The notes under the pieces were generated by a model. That model saw only the letters and a program-made list of their open reading frames with translations. It had not been told where the DNA came from and ran no database searches. Below, piece by piece: positions 40,052-51,114 of a DNA stretch of 64,000 nucleotides. This DNA is from an uncultured Gemmatimonadales bacterium (GTDB lineage: Bacteria; Gemmatimonadota; Gemmatimonadetes; Gemmatimonadales; GWC2-71-9). A program made the translations under genes and the position numbers. The stretch spans positions 64,001 to 128,000 of the forward strand of contig CAVSQW010000001.1 in NCBI GenBank assembly GCA_963730185.1, given 5' to 3'. Numbering within the stretch: position 1 is the stretch's first letter; every line of letters starts with the position of its first letter.

Positions 40052-41335
40052 ATGGGAACGTGGTCGGGTCGGCTCGGCGGGTGCTGCCTGGCCCTGGTCG
40101 TGGCCGGAACGGCGGCGGCCCAATCCAGCGCCGGCGCGGCCGGCGCCATCCGGCATGACCTGAGCGTGCTGGCGGCGGACTCGATGGCCGGCCGGTGGAC
40201 CGGCAGTCACGAAGCCGACGAAGTGGCCGCCTATCTGGTGCATCGGTTCGCCGCGGTGGGTGCCCGGCCGGGGGTGCCGGGTTGGCTGCAGCGATTCGAC
40301 ATCGCGGCGGGGGCGCCCGCGCTTCGGAGCGTGGCCGACTCCGCGCGGCCCGACCATGGGGTGAACGTGGTGGCCACGATCCCCGGGCGCGACCCCGGCC
40401 TCCGCGACGAGGTCGTCGTGGTCGGCGCGCACTACGACCACTTGGGGCGGTTCGGCCGGGGGATGGTGCTCGATCCGGACCAGGTGGGCGCGGTCCACAA
40501 CGGCGCCGACGACAACGCGTCCGGGGCCGTCGCCCTGGTCGAGATCGCCCGGCTGCTGGCGGCCGCGCCGCCGCGCCGATCGGTGGTGCTGGTCGCGTTC
40601 GCGGGTGAGGAGCTCGGGCTCTTGGGATCGGCCGCGTACGTGGCCTCGCCGGCGGCGCCGATGGACCGGACCTACGCCATGATCAACCTCGACATGGTGG
40701 GCCGTCTTCGGAACGACCATCTGCTGGTGTTCGGCTCGGAGACCGCGACCGAGTTCCCGGCCTTGCTCGATTCGCTCAACCGGACCGCCAAGTTCGACCT
40801 GGCCGCCTCGGGCGACGGCTATGGCCGGAGCGACCAGCAGTCGTTCTACTTGGCCAAGAAGCCGGTGCTCCATCTCTTCACCGACCTTCACGGCGACTAC
40901 CACCGTGCCACCGACGACTGGGACAAGATCAACGTACCCGGGCTGCTTCGGGTGGCTCGGTTCGGTGCCGATCTGACCCGGGCGTTGGGCGATCGGACGG
41001 CGCCGTTGACCTTCGTCGACAAGCCACCGCCTCCGCCGCCGGAGACCGCCGGCCGGGAATCCGGATATGGCGCCTACCTCGGCTCGATCCCCGACATGGC
41101 TTCGGCTGGGCCCGGCGTCCGCTTGAGCGGCGTCCGGAGCGGAAGCCCGGCCGATCGGGCGGGCCTTCGGGAGGGCGACGTGCTGCTTCGGATCGGCATC
41201 GTCGAGGTGCCCGATCTCCAGGGCATGGTGGCGGCGCTCCGCGCCCACCGGGCGGGCGACACCGCCACGGTGGTGTTCCGGCGGGGGCAGGTGGTCGATT
41301 CGGTTCAGGTCGTCTTCGGCCGTCGGGGAAGCTGA
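40052..41335 (+). CDS. M28 family peptidase with a C-terminal PDZ domain
   Basis: GAHYDHLG, NGADDNASG, GEELGLLGS, NLDMVGR and DYH motifs; PDZ YLGSIPD...GSPA. Confidence 0.92.
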   Translation: MGTWSGRLGGCCLALVVAGTAAAQSSAGAAGAIRHDLSVLAADSMAGRWTGSHEADEVAAYLVHRFAAVGARPGVPGWLQRFDIAAGAPALRSVADSARPDHGVNVVATIPGRDPGLRDEVVVVGAHYDHLGRFGRGMVLDPDQVGAVHNGADDNASGAVALVEIARLLAAAPPRRSVVLVAFAGEELGLLGSAAYVASPAAPMDRTYAMINLDMVGRLRNDHLLVFGSETATEFPALLDSLNRTAKFDLAASGDGYGRSDQQSFYLAKKPVLHLFTDLHGDYHRATDDWDKINVPGLLRVARFGADLTRALGDRTAPLTFVDKPPPPPPETAGRESGYGAYLGSIPDMASAGPGVRLSGVRSGSPADRAGLREGDVLLRIGIVEVPDLQGMVAALRAHRAGDTATVVFRRGQVVDSVQVVFGRRGS

Positions 41336-41339
41336 ACCG

Positions 41340-41795
41340 ATGCCCGTCCTCGACGGCGAGCGGATCGCGGCCGCGCTGCGCGGGGCGTTCGCCCGCGAGG
41401 CGAGCCGACTGGAAATGCTCCAGCTGGCGGCCGATCGGATCCGTTCGGCCGGGCCGCCGTACACCTCCGTCTACCTCTACATGCTCCACGGCCAGGAGCT
41501 CGTGCTCGAAGCGTTCGCGGGCCGGGAGACTGACCACACCCGGATCCCGGTCGGCAAGGGCGTGTGCGGCACCGCGGTGGCCACCGGACGGGATCAGAAC
41601 GTGGGCGACGTGCGCGCGATCGGGAACTACCTCGCATGCAACCTCGAGACCCGCTCCGAGCTGGTGGTGTTGATCCGGCGCGGCCCGCTGGTGCTCGGTC
41701 AGATCGACGTGGACAGCGACGTGCCCGATCCGTTCACGCCCGAGGAGGAGGCCGCGGTCCGGATGGTCTCGGACGCGCTCGCGGTGCTGCTCTGA
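41340..41795 (+). CDS. GAF domain protein (free Met-R-sulfoxide reductase-like)
   Basis: RIPVGKGVCGTA, YLAC...RSELVV and IDVDS motifs. Confidence 0.82.
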   Translation: MPVLDGERIAAALRGAFAREASRLEMLQLAADRIRSAGPPYTSVYLYMLHGQELVLEAFAGRETDHTRIPVGKGVCGTAVATGRDQNVGDVRAIGNYLACNLETRSELVVLIRRGPLVLGQIDVDSDVPDPFTPEEEAAVRMVSDALAVLL

Positions 41796-41809
41796 TTCCT
41801 CGTTGCCCG

Positions 41810-42712
41810 ATGCTCCGCGCCTGGACCTCAGCCCGCTGGTCGATACCCCTCCCCGAAGGCCACCGCTTCCCGATCGGCAAGTATCGGATGGTGCGGGACG
41901 GCGTGGTGGCGATGGGGGTCCTGGACCCGAGCGCGATCGAGGAGCCCGATCGGGTGTCGCTCGACGCCATCCACTTGGTGCACACGACGGGTTACGCAAC
42001 CGCGATTCTCGACGGGACGTTGGCGCCGGCGGCGGCCCGGCGACTGGGCTTCCCGTGGCGTCCCGAGCTGGCGGAGCGGTCACGTCGCACCGTCCAAGGA
42101 ACGGTCGAGGCGGCGCGGGATGCCCTCGACGGCGGGGCCGGACTCAATCTGGCCGGTGGGACCCATCACGCGTTTGCCGAGCGGGGCGAGGGCTACTGCG
42201 TCTTCAACGACGTCGCCATCGCGATTCGCCTGCTCGAGCGGGACGGCCGGATCCAGCGAGCCGTGGTCATCGACCTCGACGTCCACCAGGGCAACGGCAC
42301 CGCCCGGATCTTTTCCGCCGACCCCGACGTCTACACCTTTTCCATGCACGGGGCTCGGAACTATCCCTTCCGGAAGGAGCGGAGTCGGCTCGACGTGGAA
42401 CTGGAGGACCGGACCGACGACGCTGCCTACCTCGGCGTGCTCGAGACCCATCTGGATCGGGTGCTCGACGAGTCCCGTCCCGACCTGGCCTTTTACATCG
42501 CGGGCGCCGACCCGTACCAGGCCGATCGTCTGGGCCGACTGGCGCTCAGCATCGAGGGACTCCGCGCCCGGGACCGCCGGGTGTTCGCCGCCTGCCGCCG
42601 GCGCGCGGTCCCGGTGGCGGTGGTGCTGGGCGGCGGGTACGCCGTGGACCTGGGCGATGTCGTGACCATCCATGCCAACACCGTGCGCGAGCTCCGGGCC
42701 ACCCATGGTTGA
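41810..42712 (+). CDS. Histone deacetylase family protein
   Basis: HRFP, GGTHHA, GYCVFND, DLDVHQGNG, GAD and GGGY motifs. Confidence 0.93.
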   Translation: MLRAWTSARWSIPLPEGHRFPIGKYRMVRDGVVAMGVLDPSAIEEPDRVSLDAIHLVHTTGYATAILDGTLAPAAARRLGFPWRPELAERSRRTVQGTVEAARDALDGGAGLNLAGGTHHAFAERGEGYCVFNDVAIAIRLLERDGRIQRAVVIDLDVHQGNGTARIFSADPDVYTFSMHGARNYPFRKERSRLDVELEDRTDDAAYLGVLETHLDRVLDESRPDLAFYIAGADPYQADRLGRLALSIEGLRARDRRVFAACRRRAVPVAVVLGGGYAVDLGDVVTIHANTVRELRATHG

Positions 42713-43550
42713 GGCCACCACGATCCGCCGGGTGCGGGGGGTCGACCTGTTCGAGCGCCGGGTCGGGAGCGGGCCGGAGACCGTGGTGCTCCATGGCGGG
42801 CCCGGGGCGCACCACGACTATCTCCGGCCCGGCTTCGATCGCCTGGCGGTCGGTCGGACGCTCGTCTACTACGACCAGCGGGGTGGCGGCCAATCGGCCG
42901 TGGATCGCGAGGTGCCGGTGGGGTGGCGGGAGCAGGTGGCCGATCTCGAGGCCCTCCGGATCCTCTGGGGCCGGGAGCGACTGGTCCTGGCCGGCTACTC
43001 GTGGGGCGGCTTGCTCGCCCTCCTCTACGCCGTGGAGCACCCCGACCGGATCGACCGGCTGGCGCTCGTGTCGCCGGCGCCGGCCTGGCGGTCCGCCCGG
43101 GAGCTCTTCGAGCGGCGGCTGGCGGAGCGGAATGCCGCACCCGAGATCCTGGCCGCCAAGCGGGCCGTCCAGGACGGGGGGCTCCGCGAGCGCGACGTCG
43201 CCGGCTACCGCCAGCGGATGTTCGAGTTCTCGGTCGCCGGCTACTTCCACGACTGGCATCAGGCCCGCAACCTGACGCCGTTCCGGATCACGGGCCGGAC
43301 CCAGCAGGCGGTGTGGGAGAGCCTGGGCGACTTCGACCTTCGGCCTCGCCTTGGAGCGCTTCGGGTGCGGGCCCTGGTCGTGCACGGCGAGGACGATCCC
43401 ATCCCGATCGACACGGCCGAGACGACGGCCGGCCTGCTCGGCGCGCCGTTGATCGCGATCCCGGCGTGCGGGCACGTCCCCTACGTCGAGCAGCCCGAGC
43501 ATTTCGGGGCCGCGCTCGACCCCTTTCTCCCCAACGACGGCTCGGCATGA
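42705..43550 (+). CDS. Alpha/beta hydrolase (proline iminopeptidase-like)
   Basis: HGGPG, YDQRG, GYSWG nucleophile elbow, GEDD and GHVP motifs. Confidence 0.88.
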   Translation: MVEATTIRRVRGVDLFERRVGSGPETVVLHGGPGAHHDYLRPGFDRLAVGRTLVYYDQRGGGQSAVDREVPVGWREQVADLEALRILWGRERLVLAGYSWGGLLALLYAVEHPDRIDRLALVSPAPAWRSARELFERRLAERNAAPEILAAKRAVQDGGLRERDVAGYRQRMFEFSVAGYFHDWHQARNLTPFRITGRTQQAVWESLGDFDLRPRLGALRVRALVVHGEDDPIPIDTAETTAGLLGAPLIAIPACGHVPYVEQPEHFGAALDPFLPNDGSA

Positions 43551-44233
43551 CCGCCCGGGCCACCCCGTACCAGCTGGTCTTCGAGTCCCTCGGCGCGGAT
43601 CGGTTTCCGACCCTTCGAGACGCGGTGGTCGCGGCGGGGCACGATCCCCGGGACCGGGAAGCCTTCGTGCTGGTGAAAGAGGTCGTGGAGCTGCTCCGGG
43701 AGCTTCGTCCCGAGGAGGGCATGGGCGAAGCCGTGGACGAGCTGGTGGCCTTCGTTCACGCGGCGTTCGTGTTCTGGCTCGACGACCGGGCCCTGGTCGA
43801 GATCGATCGCGCGGCCCTGGACCGGGCGGTCAGGGGCGAGGTGGCCGGATCGGGCGCGGTCGGAGCCCGGAGCTACTACCTCCAGCTTCCCTCGCAGCGG
43901 GTCTGGGGGGAGCCGATCGAGGGCCAGCCACCCGAGCCCCTCGACGGCTGGTTCGGGTCGGTCTCCAGCGAGGGAGCCCGGGTCCTCGCGGTGTTCGGCC
44001 TTCATCCCGGGCGGACGGGGTTCACGGCGGTGCAGGTGGACGGTCCCCGGCCTGGACGGCTTGCCCGCCAGGATGGGACCCCGCTCTTCGCCCCCCGGCT
44101 GGAGGGTGGCCGGGCGGCCGGTCTTCATTCCGTTGCCGGCGCCGAGGAGCTACTCGAGCTCGCCTATCGGTGCCACGCGCTCCTTGGCCCCGAGGGGCCG
44201 GCCCCGGGATCGCAACGGCTCACGGCCGCTTAG
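43547..44233 (+). CDS. Hypothetical protein
   Basis: ATGA-coupled to the upstream gene, typical codon usage, no recognised family. Confidence 0.65.
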   Translation: MTARATPYQLVFESLGADRFPTLRDAVVAAGHDPRDREAFVLVKEVVELLRELRPEEGMGEAVDELVAFVHAAFVFWLDDRALVEIDRAALDRAVRGEVAGSGAVGARSYYLQLPSQRVWGEPIEGQPPEPLDGWFGSVSSEGARVLAVFGLHPGRTGFTAVQVDGPRPGRLARQDGTPLFAPRLEGGRAAGLHSVAGAEELLELAYRCHALLGPEGPAPGSQRLTAA

Positions 44234-44246
44234 CTATTATTCGAGG

Positions 44247-46007
44247 GTGCCCTCGTCATCCTCGCCTGTGACCCGTCCGGCGCTCGACAAGACCGCCGTG
44301 GCCCGGGTCCTCGACCAGATCGCGGCCCATCTGGAGCTCCGCGGCGACAATCCGTTCCGGGTTCGCGCCTTTCGCACGGCGGCCCGGACGGTCACCTCGC
44401 TCGCGGGCGAGCCGGCGTCCTGGATGGCGGACGACACCCTGGCCGAGACCCGCGGGATCGGTCCCGCCATTCAGGGGGTGATCCGCGATCTGATCGCCAG
44501 CGGCCGGTCGGAGATGCTGGAGGAGCTCCGGGAGCAGACCCCGCCCGGGCTGGTGGAGATGCTGAGCATCTCCGGCCTCGGCGTCGCCAAGGTCCGCCAG
44601 ATTCACGAGCGGCTCGACGTCGATTCGATCCCGGAGCTGGAGGCGGCGGCCCGGGACGGCCGGTTGGCCGGGCTCGCCGGGTTTGGCCCCCGCACCGCCG
44701 ACAACGTTCTCCGCGGGATCGCCCGGCTTCGGCAGGTCACCACCTATCGGTTGGCGCACCACGCCCGGGAGGAGGCGGAACTGATCCGGAGCGCCCTGGC
44801 CCGAGTGCCCGGCGTCTCGCGGGCCATCGTCGCGGGCGAGGTCCGCCGAGGGTGCGAGCTGGTTCAGCAGATCGTCGTGGTGCTGGTGGCCGACGCCTCG
44901 CCGGCCGAGATCTTCCGGGCTCTGTCCCAGCTTCCCGGCGTCGACGAGTTCGGCGGCGAGGACGAGCGCCGGGCCACCCTCCGGTTCGCCGGCGGCGAGA
45001 GCGCCCGAATCATGGTGACGCCGGCGGGCAACGTCGGCGCGGTGCTGGTCCACGCTACCGGCAGCGAGCGCCACGTGAGCTTGCTTCGGGAACGCGGCCT
45101 CGAGCGGGGCGTCCGCCTCGACGGGGCCGCGCTCTGGCGGGGAAACGAGTTCGTTCCTACGCCCGATGAAGCGGCGGTGTACCGGTCGCTCGACCTGCCG
45201 CCGATCCCGCCCGAGCTCCGCGAAGGTCTCGACGAGATCGACGTTGCCGAGCGGGGGCTGCCGCGGCTGCTCGAGCCGAGCGACATCGTCGGGTTGATCC
45301 ATTGCCACACGAACTACTCCGACGGCAACCTGACGGTCCGGGAGCTGGCGCTGGCGTGTCGGGAGGCCGGGTATCGGTACGTGGGGGTGACCGACCACAG
45401 TGGTACCGCCGCCTACGTGGGCGGCCTCGGCGACGATGAGATCCGGCGCCAATGGGTGGAGATCGACGCCGCCAACGCCGAGCTCGAGGGGATCCGGGTC
45501 CTGAAGGGCGTCGAGGCCGACATTCTCCCCGACGGACGCCTCGGCTACTCGGAGACGATGTTGGCCGGCTTCGACTTCGTGATCGCGTCGATCCACAATC
45601 GGTTCGAGATGGGCCGGGAAGAGATGACCGGGCGGATCCTGGCCGCGATGGACAATCCGTACGTCGCGATTTTGGGGCACCCCACGGGGCGGCTGCTGCT
45701 GTCGCGGGAGGCCTATCCTCTCGACCTGGACCGGATCTTCGCCCGGGCCGCCGAGGCGGGGGTCGCGATCGAGATCAACGCCGATCCCCAGCGGCTCGAT
45801 CTGGGGTGGCAGGCGGTTCGTGAGGCTCGTCGGGCCGGGGTCACGATCTCGATCGGGGCCGACGCCCACTCCGCCTCCGGGCTGAGCAACATGACCTTCG
45901 GGGTCGAGGTGGCGCGGAAAGGCTGGCTGGGTCCGGCCGACGTGGTCAATACCCGGTCGGTGGAGGACTTCCTGGCCTTCGCCCAGCGGAGACGCCATGG
46001 CGGGTAA
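44247..46007 (+). CDS. polX: DNA polymerase X / PHP 3'-5' exonuclease, non-canonical polymerase site
   Basis: [10 protein letters not shown], HhH motifs, TGS..H, IPPELRE; PHP motifs HCHT..SDG, TDHS, GVEADI, SIH, GHPTGR and DAH. Confidence 0.92.
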   Translation: MPSSSSPVTRPALDKTAVARVLDQIAAHLELRGDNPFRVRAFRTAARTVTSLAGEPASWMADDTLAETRGIGPAIQGVIRDLIASGRSEMLEELREQTPPGLVEMLSISGLGVAKVRQIHERLDVDSIPELEAAARDGRLAGLAGFGPRTADNVLRGIARLRQVTTYRLAHHAREEAELIRSALARVPGVSRAIVAGEVRRGCELVQQIVVVLVADASPAEIFRALSQLPGVDEFGGEDERRATLRFAGGESARIMVTPAGNVGAVLVHATGSERHVSLLRERGLERGVRLDGAALWRGNEFVPTPDEAAVYRSLDLPPIPPELREGLDEIDVAERGLPRLLEPSDIVGLIHCHTNYSDGNLTVRELALACREAGYRYVGVTDHSGTAAYVGGLGDDEIRRQWVEIDAANAELEGIRVLKGVEADILPDGRLGYSETMLAGFDFVIASIHNRFEMGREEMTGRILAAMDNPYVAILGHPTGRLLLSREAYPLDLDRIFARAAEAGVAIEINADPQRLDLGWQAVREARRAGVTISIGADAHSASGLSNMTFGVEVARKGWLGPADVVNTRSVEDFLAFAQRRRHGG

Positions 46008-46851
46008 GGCTCGCGGCGGGTCCACGCGGCCCAAGACATCGACCGGGGCCAAGAAGGCCTCCCGCTCCCCCCGGCCCAAGAAATCGGCCGGCGCCAAGAA
46101 GTCCGCCCGCTCCCCGCGGCCGACGGCTCGGGCGAACGCGTCGGCCCGGCGCCAGGGCGCGAAGCGGTCCACCCGGTCGGCCGGTCTGGCCAAGCGGATG
46201 GAGGAGATCCTGGACCGGCTCAAGCGGGCCTATCCGGACGCCCACTGTGCCCTCGACCACCGCACCCCGTACGAGCTCCTGGTCGCGACCATCCTGTCGG
46301 CGCAGTGCACCGACGTCCGGGTCAATCAGGTCACCCCGGCGCTCTTCGCGCGCTATCCGACGCCCGCCGAGCTGGCGGGAGCGGAGCCGGCGGAGGTCGA
46401 GGAGATGATCCGCTCGACCGGGTTCTTCCGGAACAAGACCAAGAGCCTCCTGGGAATGGCGAAGGCGGTGGTGGAACGGCACGGTGGGGTGGTTCCCCGG
46501 ACGATGGCGGAGCTCCGGGTCCTGCCGGGTGTCGGCCGGAAGACGGCCAACGTCGTGCTCGGCAACGCCTTTGGGATCGACGAGGGGATCGTGGTCGACA
46601 CCCACGTCACCCGGCTGTCCGGCCTGCTCGGTCTGACCCGGGAGACCGACGCCGTGAAGATCGAGCAGGATCTGATGCGGCTGGTGCCTCGCGACGACTG
46701 GACCCTGGTGTCGCACCTCCTGATCTACCACGGTCGGCAGGTGTGCATCGCCCGGCGACCCCGGTGCGATGCCTGCGTCCTGGCCGATCTCTGCCCTCGG
46801 CCTTCAAGGGGGGCGCCGCGAAGAAGAAGAAGGGGCGGAAGGCGGGACTAG
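45997..46851 (+). CDS. nth: Endonuclease III with a basic N-terminal extension
   Basis: [31 protein letters not shown] and [18 protein letters not shown] (4Fe-4S) motifs. The extreme C-terminus may carry an indel at 46794-46796. Confidence 0.95.
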   Translation: MAGKARGGSTRPKTSTGAKKASRSPRPKKSAGAKKSARSPRPTARANASARRQGAKRSTRSAGLAKRMEEILDRLKRAYPDAHCALDHRTPYELLVATILSAQCTDVRVNQVTPALFARYPTPAELAGAEPAEVEEMIRSTGFFRNKTKSLLGMAKAVVERHGGVVPRTMAELRVLPGVGRKTANVVLGNAFGIDEGIVVDTHVTRLSGLLGLTRETDAVKIEQDLMRLVPRDDWTLVSHLLIYHGRQVCIARRPRCDACVLADLCPRPSRGAPRRRRRGGRRD

Positions 46852-47492
46852 ATCCCGCCGCCGAGCAGCTTCCGCCAGATGCCGCCCGTGGGCTTCATCC
46901 CGGTTGGGTACTTCTCCTGAATCTCGACCGACGACAGCAGGGCGTGCCCCCGGACCCTGACCAGCAGGCCGTTGGGCCGGGCGCCGCGGGCGCTCCGGGT
47001 GGAGTGGGTCGAGCTCGACAGGGTCTCTTCGATCTCGTTCTCGACCTGGGTTCCGGCCGGCACGATCAGCCTGAAGGCTCCGAGCGTGACCCGAACGTCG
47101 ATGTCGACCAGGTCGGAGCCGAAGACGGCATCGCGAAGGTCGAGCGTGAGCTCGCCCATGATGACGAGCGACCTGAGCTCGAGCGGTACCGTCCAGGCGC
47201 CGGCCCGCTTGGTGGAGGCGAAGACGCTCGAGATCCGGAGGAATTCCGCCGGGCCGACCGGAGCGATCTCGGCCGAGTCGCGCAGGGCGGGGGCGGGGCC
47301 GGAGGGCATGGCGGCCAGGGGATAGGGCGCCGGATCGAGGTCGGCCACGATCGCCTCGAGCGTAGCGACGTTGGGCGCGTCCTTGATCCGCTCGAATCGC
47401 GACTCGAACGACTCGAGCGGCAGTCGATCTTGGGCATGCGCTTCGCAGAGGAGGCGAACGGCCTCGCGTCGGACCTGCTCCAGCTCGTCCAT
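46848..47492 (-). CDS. DUF1707 / LiaF-like (DUF2154) domain protein
   Basis: [16 protein letters not shown]...FESR N-terminus; [10 protein letters not shown]...GAFRLIVP C-terminus. Confidence 0.75.
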   Translation of the reverse strand: MDELEQVRREAVRLLCEAHAQDRLPLESFESRFERIKDAPNVATLEAIVADLDPAPYPLAAMPSGPAPALRDSAEIAPVGPAEFLRISSVFASTKRAGAWTVPLELRSLVIMGELTLDLRDAVFGSDLVDIDVRVTLGAFRLIVPAGTQVENEIEETLSSSTHSTRSARGARPNGLLVRVRGHALLSSVEIQEKYPTGMKPTGGIWRKLLGGGI

Positions 47493-47543
47493 GGCCCCAA
47501 TAATAGCGTTGGGAGGGAAACTCGACACCCACTACGTTACGAC

Positions 47544-49631
47544 ATGCCCAACCGCTTGGCGACGTCGCGATCGGCCTATCTCCGCTCAGCAGCCGAGCAG
47601 CCCGTGGACTGGTATCCGTGGGGTTCGGAGCCGTTCGAGCGGGCCCGGCGCGAAGGCCGCCCGGTCCTGCTCGACATCGGGGCGGTCTGGTGTCACTGGT
47701 GCCACGTCATGGACCGGGAGTCGTACGAAGATCCCGGGATCGCCGCCCTGCTCTCGGAGCGCTACGTCTGCATCAAGGTCGACCGGGACGAACGACCCGA
47801 CGTGGATGCCCGGTACCAGCGGGCCGTCCAGGGGTTGACGGGTCAGGGTGGCTGGCCGCTGACGGCTTTTCTCACCGCCGAGGCCGATGTGTTCTACGGA
47901 GGGACCTACTTCCCGCCCGATGGCCGGTACGGCCGGCCGGGCTTTCGCTCGGTGCTGGGTCGGGTCGCCGATCAATACCGCGACTCCGAACGCCAGGTCG
48001 GCGACCAGGCCGCCCGGGTCCGGGCCTTCGTACGCGAGCAGCTGGACGAAGCCGGACCGGGCGACTGGGACGTGAGCCTCCTGGCCCAGGCCACCGACCA
48101 GATCCTGAGCGTCGCCGATCGGAAGCACGGCGGGTTCGGTCACCGACCGAAGTTTCCCCATCCAGCCGCGACGACCCTGCTCCTTCACGCCTGGCACGCC
48201 AGGCCGACTGAGGCGCTCCACCACGTCGTGGTCCGGACCCTGGACGGCATGGCGGACGGCGGCTTCCGCGATCAGCTGGGCGGCGGCTTTCATCGCTACA
48301 GCACCGACGAGACGTGGCTCGTCCCCCATTTCGAGAAGATGAGCCACGACAACTCGGAGCTGCTCCGAGCCTATGCGGTCGCGAGCGTGGCCCTCGCCGA
48401 GCCCCGGTTCGGCGAGGTGGCCCGGGAGACGATTCGGTGGGTGCGTGAGGTGCTCGCCGACCCGGGAGGCGGCTACGGCGCCAGCCAGGATGCCGACCAG
48501 GGGCCGGAGGACGACGGCGACTACTTCACTTGGTCGGTCGGGGAGGTCGACCGGACCCTGCCCGAGGACGAAGCGAAGGTCGCGATCATGCGCTTCGGCC
48601 TCGGGACCGGCGGCCGGATGCCCCATGACCCGTCGCGGAACGTGCTCTTCCTGGCGGAGTCGGTGCCGGGCGTGGCGGAGCGCGCCGGCCTGGCGACGGA
48701 CGCGGTGGCGAGGCTGCTGACCGCCGCCGTCGAGCGGCTCCGCGAAGCCCGGGCCCGCCGGCCGACCCCCTACGTCGATCGCACCCGGTACGCGGCTTGG
48801 AACGCCATGATGGCGGGAGCGCTGATCCAGTCCGGACCGATGGTGGACGACGGCTGGGCGCTCCGGCACGGGCTGGCCAGCCTCGGTCGATTGCGGCGGG
48901 AGCAGACGGACGGTCCTCGGGTGCGGCACGGTGATGGTCAGGCGGTCGGTCTTCTCGACGACCAGATGCAGGCCGCGCTGGCCGCGATCGACGCCTACGA
49001 GGCCACCGGCGACGCCGGCTGGCTCGACTGGGCCGAGTCGCTGGCCGGCTGGGCGGCCGGCGCGCTCTGGGACCCCGAAGGCAGTGGGTTCTTCGACCGC
49101 CCGCCCGACGCCGAGGCGACCGGACTCCTGGCGGCGCGGGCCCGGCCGATCCAGGACAATCCCACCCCGTCCGGAAACGGCGTGGCCGGCCTGGTGCTGA
49201 GCCGGCTCCACGAGCTCACCGGCGAGCCGCGGTGGCGCGAGATGCGGGACCGCCTGTTGGCGGCGTTCGCCGGGCGGGCTCGCGAGCTGGGGCTGTTCGC
49301 GGCCACCTATCTTCTAGTCCTGGACTGGGCGGTTCGTCCGGTCACCCAGCTGGTGGTGACCGGACCGGCCGGCGATCCGGCGGCCGAGCTGATGCATCGG
49401 GAGGCCCTCCGGACCTTCGTGCCCCGGCGGGTCGTGGTGCGGATGACGCCCGACACACCGGCCCGGATCGGGGCCACCGGCCCGGTGGGCGACCTGGCCC
49501 GCGACCGGGGCCGGGTGACCGGCTACGTCTGCACGGGCGCGACCTGTCTCGCTCCGGCGGCTACGCCGGCCGAGTGGCGCGAGCGGCTCGGGGCGGCGGG
49601 CGCCGTTCCGGGGGCCGTCGCGCCGCAGTAA
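47544..49631 (+). CDS. Thioredoxin domain-containing protein (YyaL/SSP411, DUF255)
   Basis: MPNRL...S.YL...[33 protein letters not shown] and GGFHRYS...PHFEKM motifs. Confidence 0.93.
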   Translation: MPNRLATSRSAYLRSAAEQPVDWYPWGSEPFERARREGRPVLLDIGAVWCHWCHVMDRESYEDPGIAALLSERYVCIKVDRDERPDVDARYQRAVQGLTGQGGWPLTAFLTAEADVFYGGTYFPPDGRYGRPGFRSVLGRVADQYRDSERQVGDQAARVRAFVREQLDEAGPGDWDVSLLAQATDQILSVADRKHGGFGHRPKFPHPAATTLLLHAWHARPTEALHHVVVRTLDGMADGGFRDQLGGGFHRYSTDETWLVPHFEKMSHDNSELLRAYAVASVALAEPRFGEVARETIRWVREVLADPGGGYGASQDADQGPEDDGDYFTWSVGEVDRTLPEDEAKVAIMRFGLGTGGRMPHDPSRNVLFLAESVPGVAERAGLATDAVARLLTAAVERLREARARRPTPYVDRTRYAAWNAMMAGALIQSGPMVDDGWALRHGLASLGRLRREQTDGPRVRHGDGQAVGLLDDQMQAALAAIDAYEATGDAGWLDWAESLAGWAAGALWDPEGSGFFDRPPDAEATGLLAARARPIQDNPTPSGNGVAGLVLSRLHELTGEPRWREMRDRLLAAFAGRARELGLFAATYLLVLDWAVRPVTQLVVTGPAGDPAAELMHREALRTFVPRRVVVRMTPDTPARIGATGPVGDLARDRGRVTGYVCTGATCLAPAATPAEWRERLGAAGAVPGAVAPQ

Positions 49632-49663
49632 CTTCCTCGAACTTCCATCGGAGCGAACCCAGC

Positions 49664-50110
49664 GTGAAGACGGCCACGATCGAGACGGACAAGGGCACCA
49701 TTACCGCGGAACTCTTCGACACGGAGGTTCCCGACACCGTCGCGAACTTCGAGAAGCTCGCCAACGACGGGTTTTACGACGGCACCCGGTTCCACCGGGT
49801 GATTTCGGACTTCATGATTCAGGGCGGCGACCCCCACTCCAAGGACCCGAGCGACCCCCGGGTGGGGACCGGCGGCCCCGGGTACCAGATCAAGTGCGAG
49901 TGGCAGAAGAACACCCACAAGCACGCGGCCGGATCGTTGTCGATGGCGCATGCCGGCAGGGACACCGGCGGGAGCCAGTTCTTCATCTGCCATAGCCCTC
50001 AGCCGCACCTGGACCGCAAGCACACGGTCTTCGGACAGGTCACCTCGGGCATGGACGTGGTCAACGCGATTCGGAAGGACGACCAGGTCACCTCGATTCG
50101 CGTGAGCTGA
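49664..50110 (+). CDS. Cyclophilin-type peptidyl-prolyl cis-trans isomerase
   Basis: [34 protein letters not shown] and HTVFGQV motifs. Confidence 0.95.
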   Translation: MKTATIETDKGTITAELFDTEVPDTVANFEKLANDGFYDGTRFHRVISDFMIQGGDPHSKDPSDPRVGTGGPGYQIKCEWQKNTHKHAAGSLSMAHAGRDTGGSQFFICHSPQPHLDRKHTVFGQVTSGMDVVNAIRKDDQVTSIRVS

Positions 50111-50530
50111 GTGCACGTCGACTTCGCCGTCCTCGCCGACTACGCCCTGATCGACCAGCAGGGGAAGCTTTCGGTGCTCGGTATCTTTCAGCACGTGTGG
50201 GTGGCCCAGTTCCCCGCCGTGCATCCCCGGACCCACCTCGTCCTTCGGGTCCGGGGCCGGCGGACCGAGATCGGCGACCACCGGATCCAGATTCGGTTCG
50301 TGGACGCCGAGGGGAAGGAGCTGATCGGCGGAGAAGGGACGGTCCAGTTCGGCGAGCCGCCCGCGGGCGTGACGGAGGTGGAGGCGGGGGCGGTGCTGGT
50401 GTTCGACGTGCCCTTGGCGGCGGCCGGGACGTACGCCTTCGAGATCACGCTGGGAGACCGCGTGCTGACGGTCCCCCTGTCGGCCTCGCTGCTCCCGCCC
50501 CAGGACTCCGGACCGGGTTCCGTCGGATGA
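50111..50530 (+). CDS. Hypothetical protein (DUF6941-like)
   Basis: FAVLADYA...GKLSVLGIF beta-sandwich pattern; abuts the PPIase stop. Confidence 0.65.
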   Translation: MHVDFAVLADYALIDQQGKLSVLGIFQHVWVAQFPAVHPRTHLVLRVRGRRTEIGDHRIQIRFVDAEGKELIGGEGTVQFGEPPAGVTEVEAGAVLVFDVPLAAAGTYAFEITLGDRVLTVPLSASLLPPQDSGPGSVG

Positions 50531-51114
50531 CGATGCCGTTCACTCGCGACGAGGCGCTCGCGCTGATGCACGAGTACACCGCCTCGGACGCCCTCCGGAA
50601 GCACATGTACGCGGTCGAGATCGCCATGCGGGCCATGGCGGAGAAGCACGACGCCGACCCCGACGCCTGGGGGATCGTGGGTTTGCTCCACGATTTCGAC
50701 TACGAGCGATTCCCGAACGCCGCTCGCTCTCCCACGGCCGAGCACCCCAGCGAGGGCGTCCGGATCCTGGCCGGGATGGGATTCCCCGAGGAGGCGCAGC
50801 GGGCCGTTCTGGGACACGCCGCCTACACCGGCGTGCCGCGGGAAACGCCGATGGCCCGGGCGCTCTTCGCGGTCGACGAGCTCTCCGGCTTCCTGGTGGC
50901 GTGTGCCCTGGTCCGGCCCTCCCGCTCGCTCGCCGACCTCGAGGTCAAGAGCGTCAAGAAGAAGCTCAAGGACAAGGCGTTCGCCCGCGGGGTGAGCCGC
51001 GAGGACGTCCACCAGAGCATCGACGAGCTCGGCGTCCCGCTGGACGAGCACATCGCCTTCGTCATCGCCGCGCTCCGGCCCCACGAACGGGTGCTCGGAC
51101 TCGGCGGTCCGTGA
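50527..51114 (+). CDS. HD (HDIG) domain metal-dependent hydrolase
   Basis: LRKH..AVE, GLLHDFDYE, H..EG, DELSGFL.ACALVRP and FARGV.R motifs. Confidence 0.9.
   Translation: MTMPFTRDEALALMHEYTASDALRKHMYAVEIAMRAMAEKHDADPDAWGIVGLLHDFDYERFPNAARSPTAEHPSEGVRILAGMGFPEEAQRAVLGHAAYTGVPRETPMARALFAVDELSGFLVACALVRPSRSLADLEVKSVKKKLKDKAFARGVSREDVHQSIDELGVPLDEHIAFVIAALRPHERVLGLGGP

Noticed and set aside
47517..47543. GAAAC upstream of yyaL (and similar at 38946) as further ECF promoters
   Set aside because: No CGT element at the 17-nt spacing.
46305..49631. 1108-aa ORF suggesting a large fusion protein
   Set aside because: Only the part from ATG 47544 is YyaL-like; the upstream part overlaps nth and the antisense DUF1707 gene.
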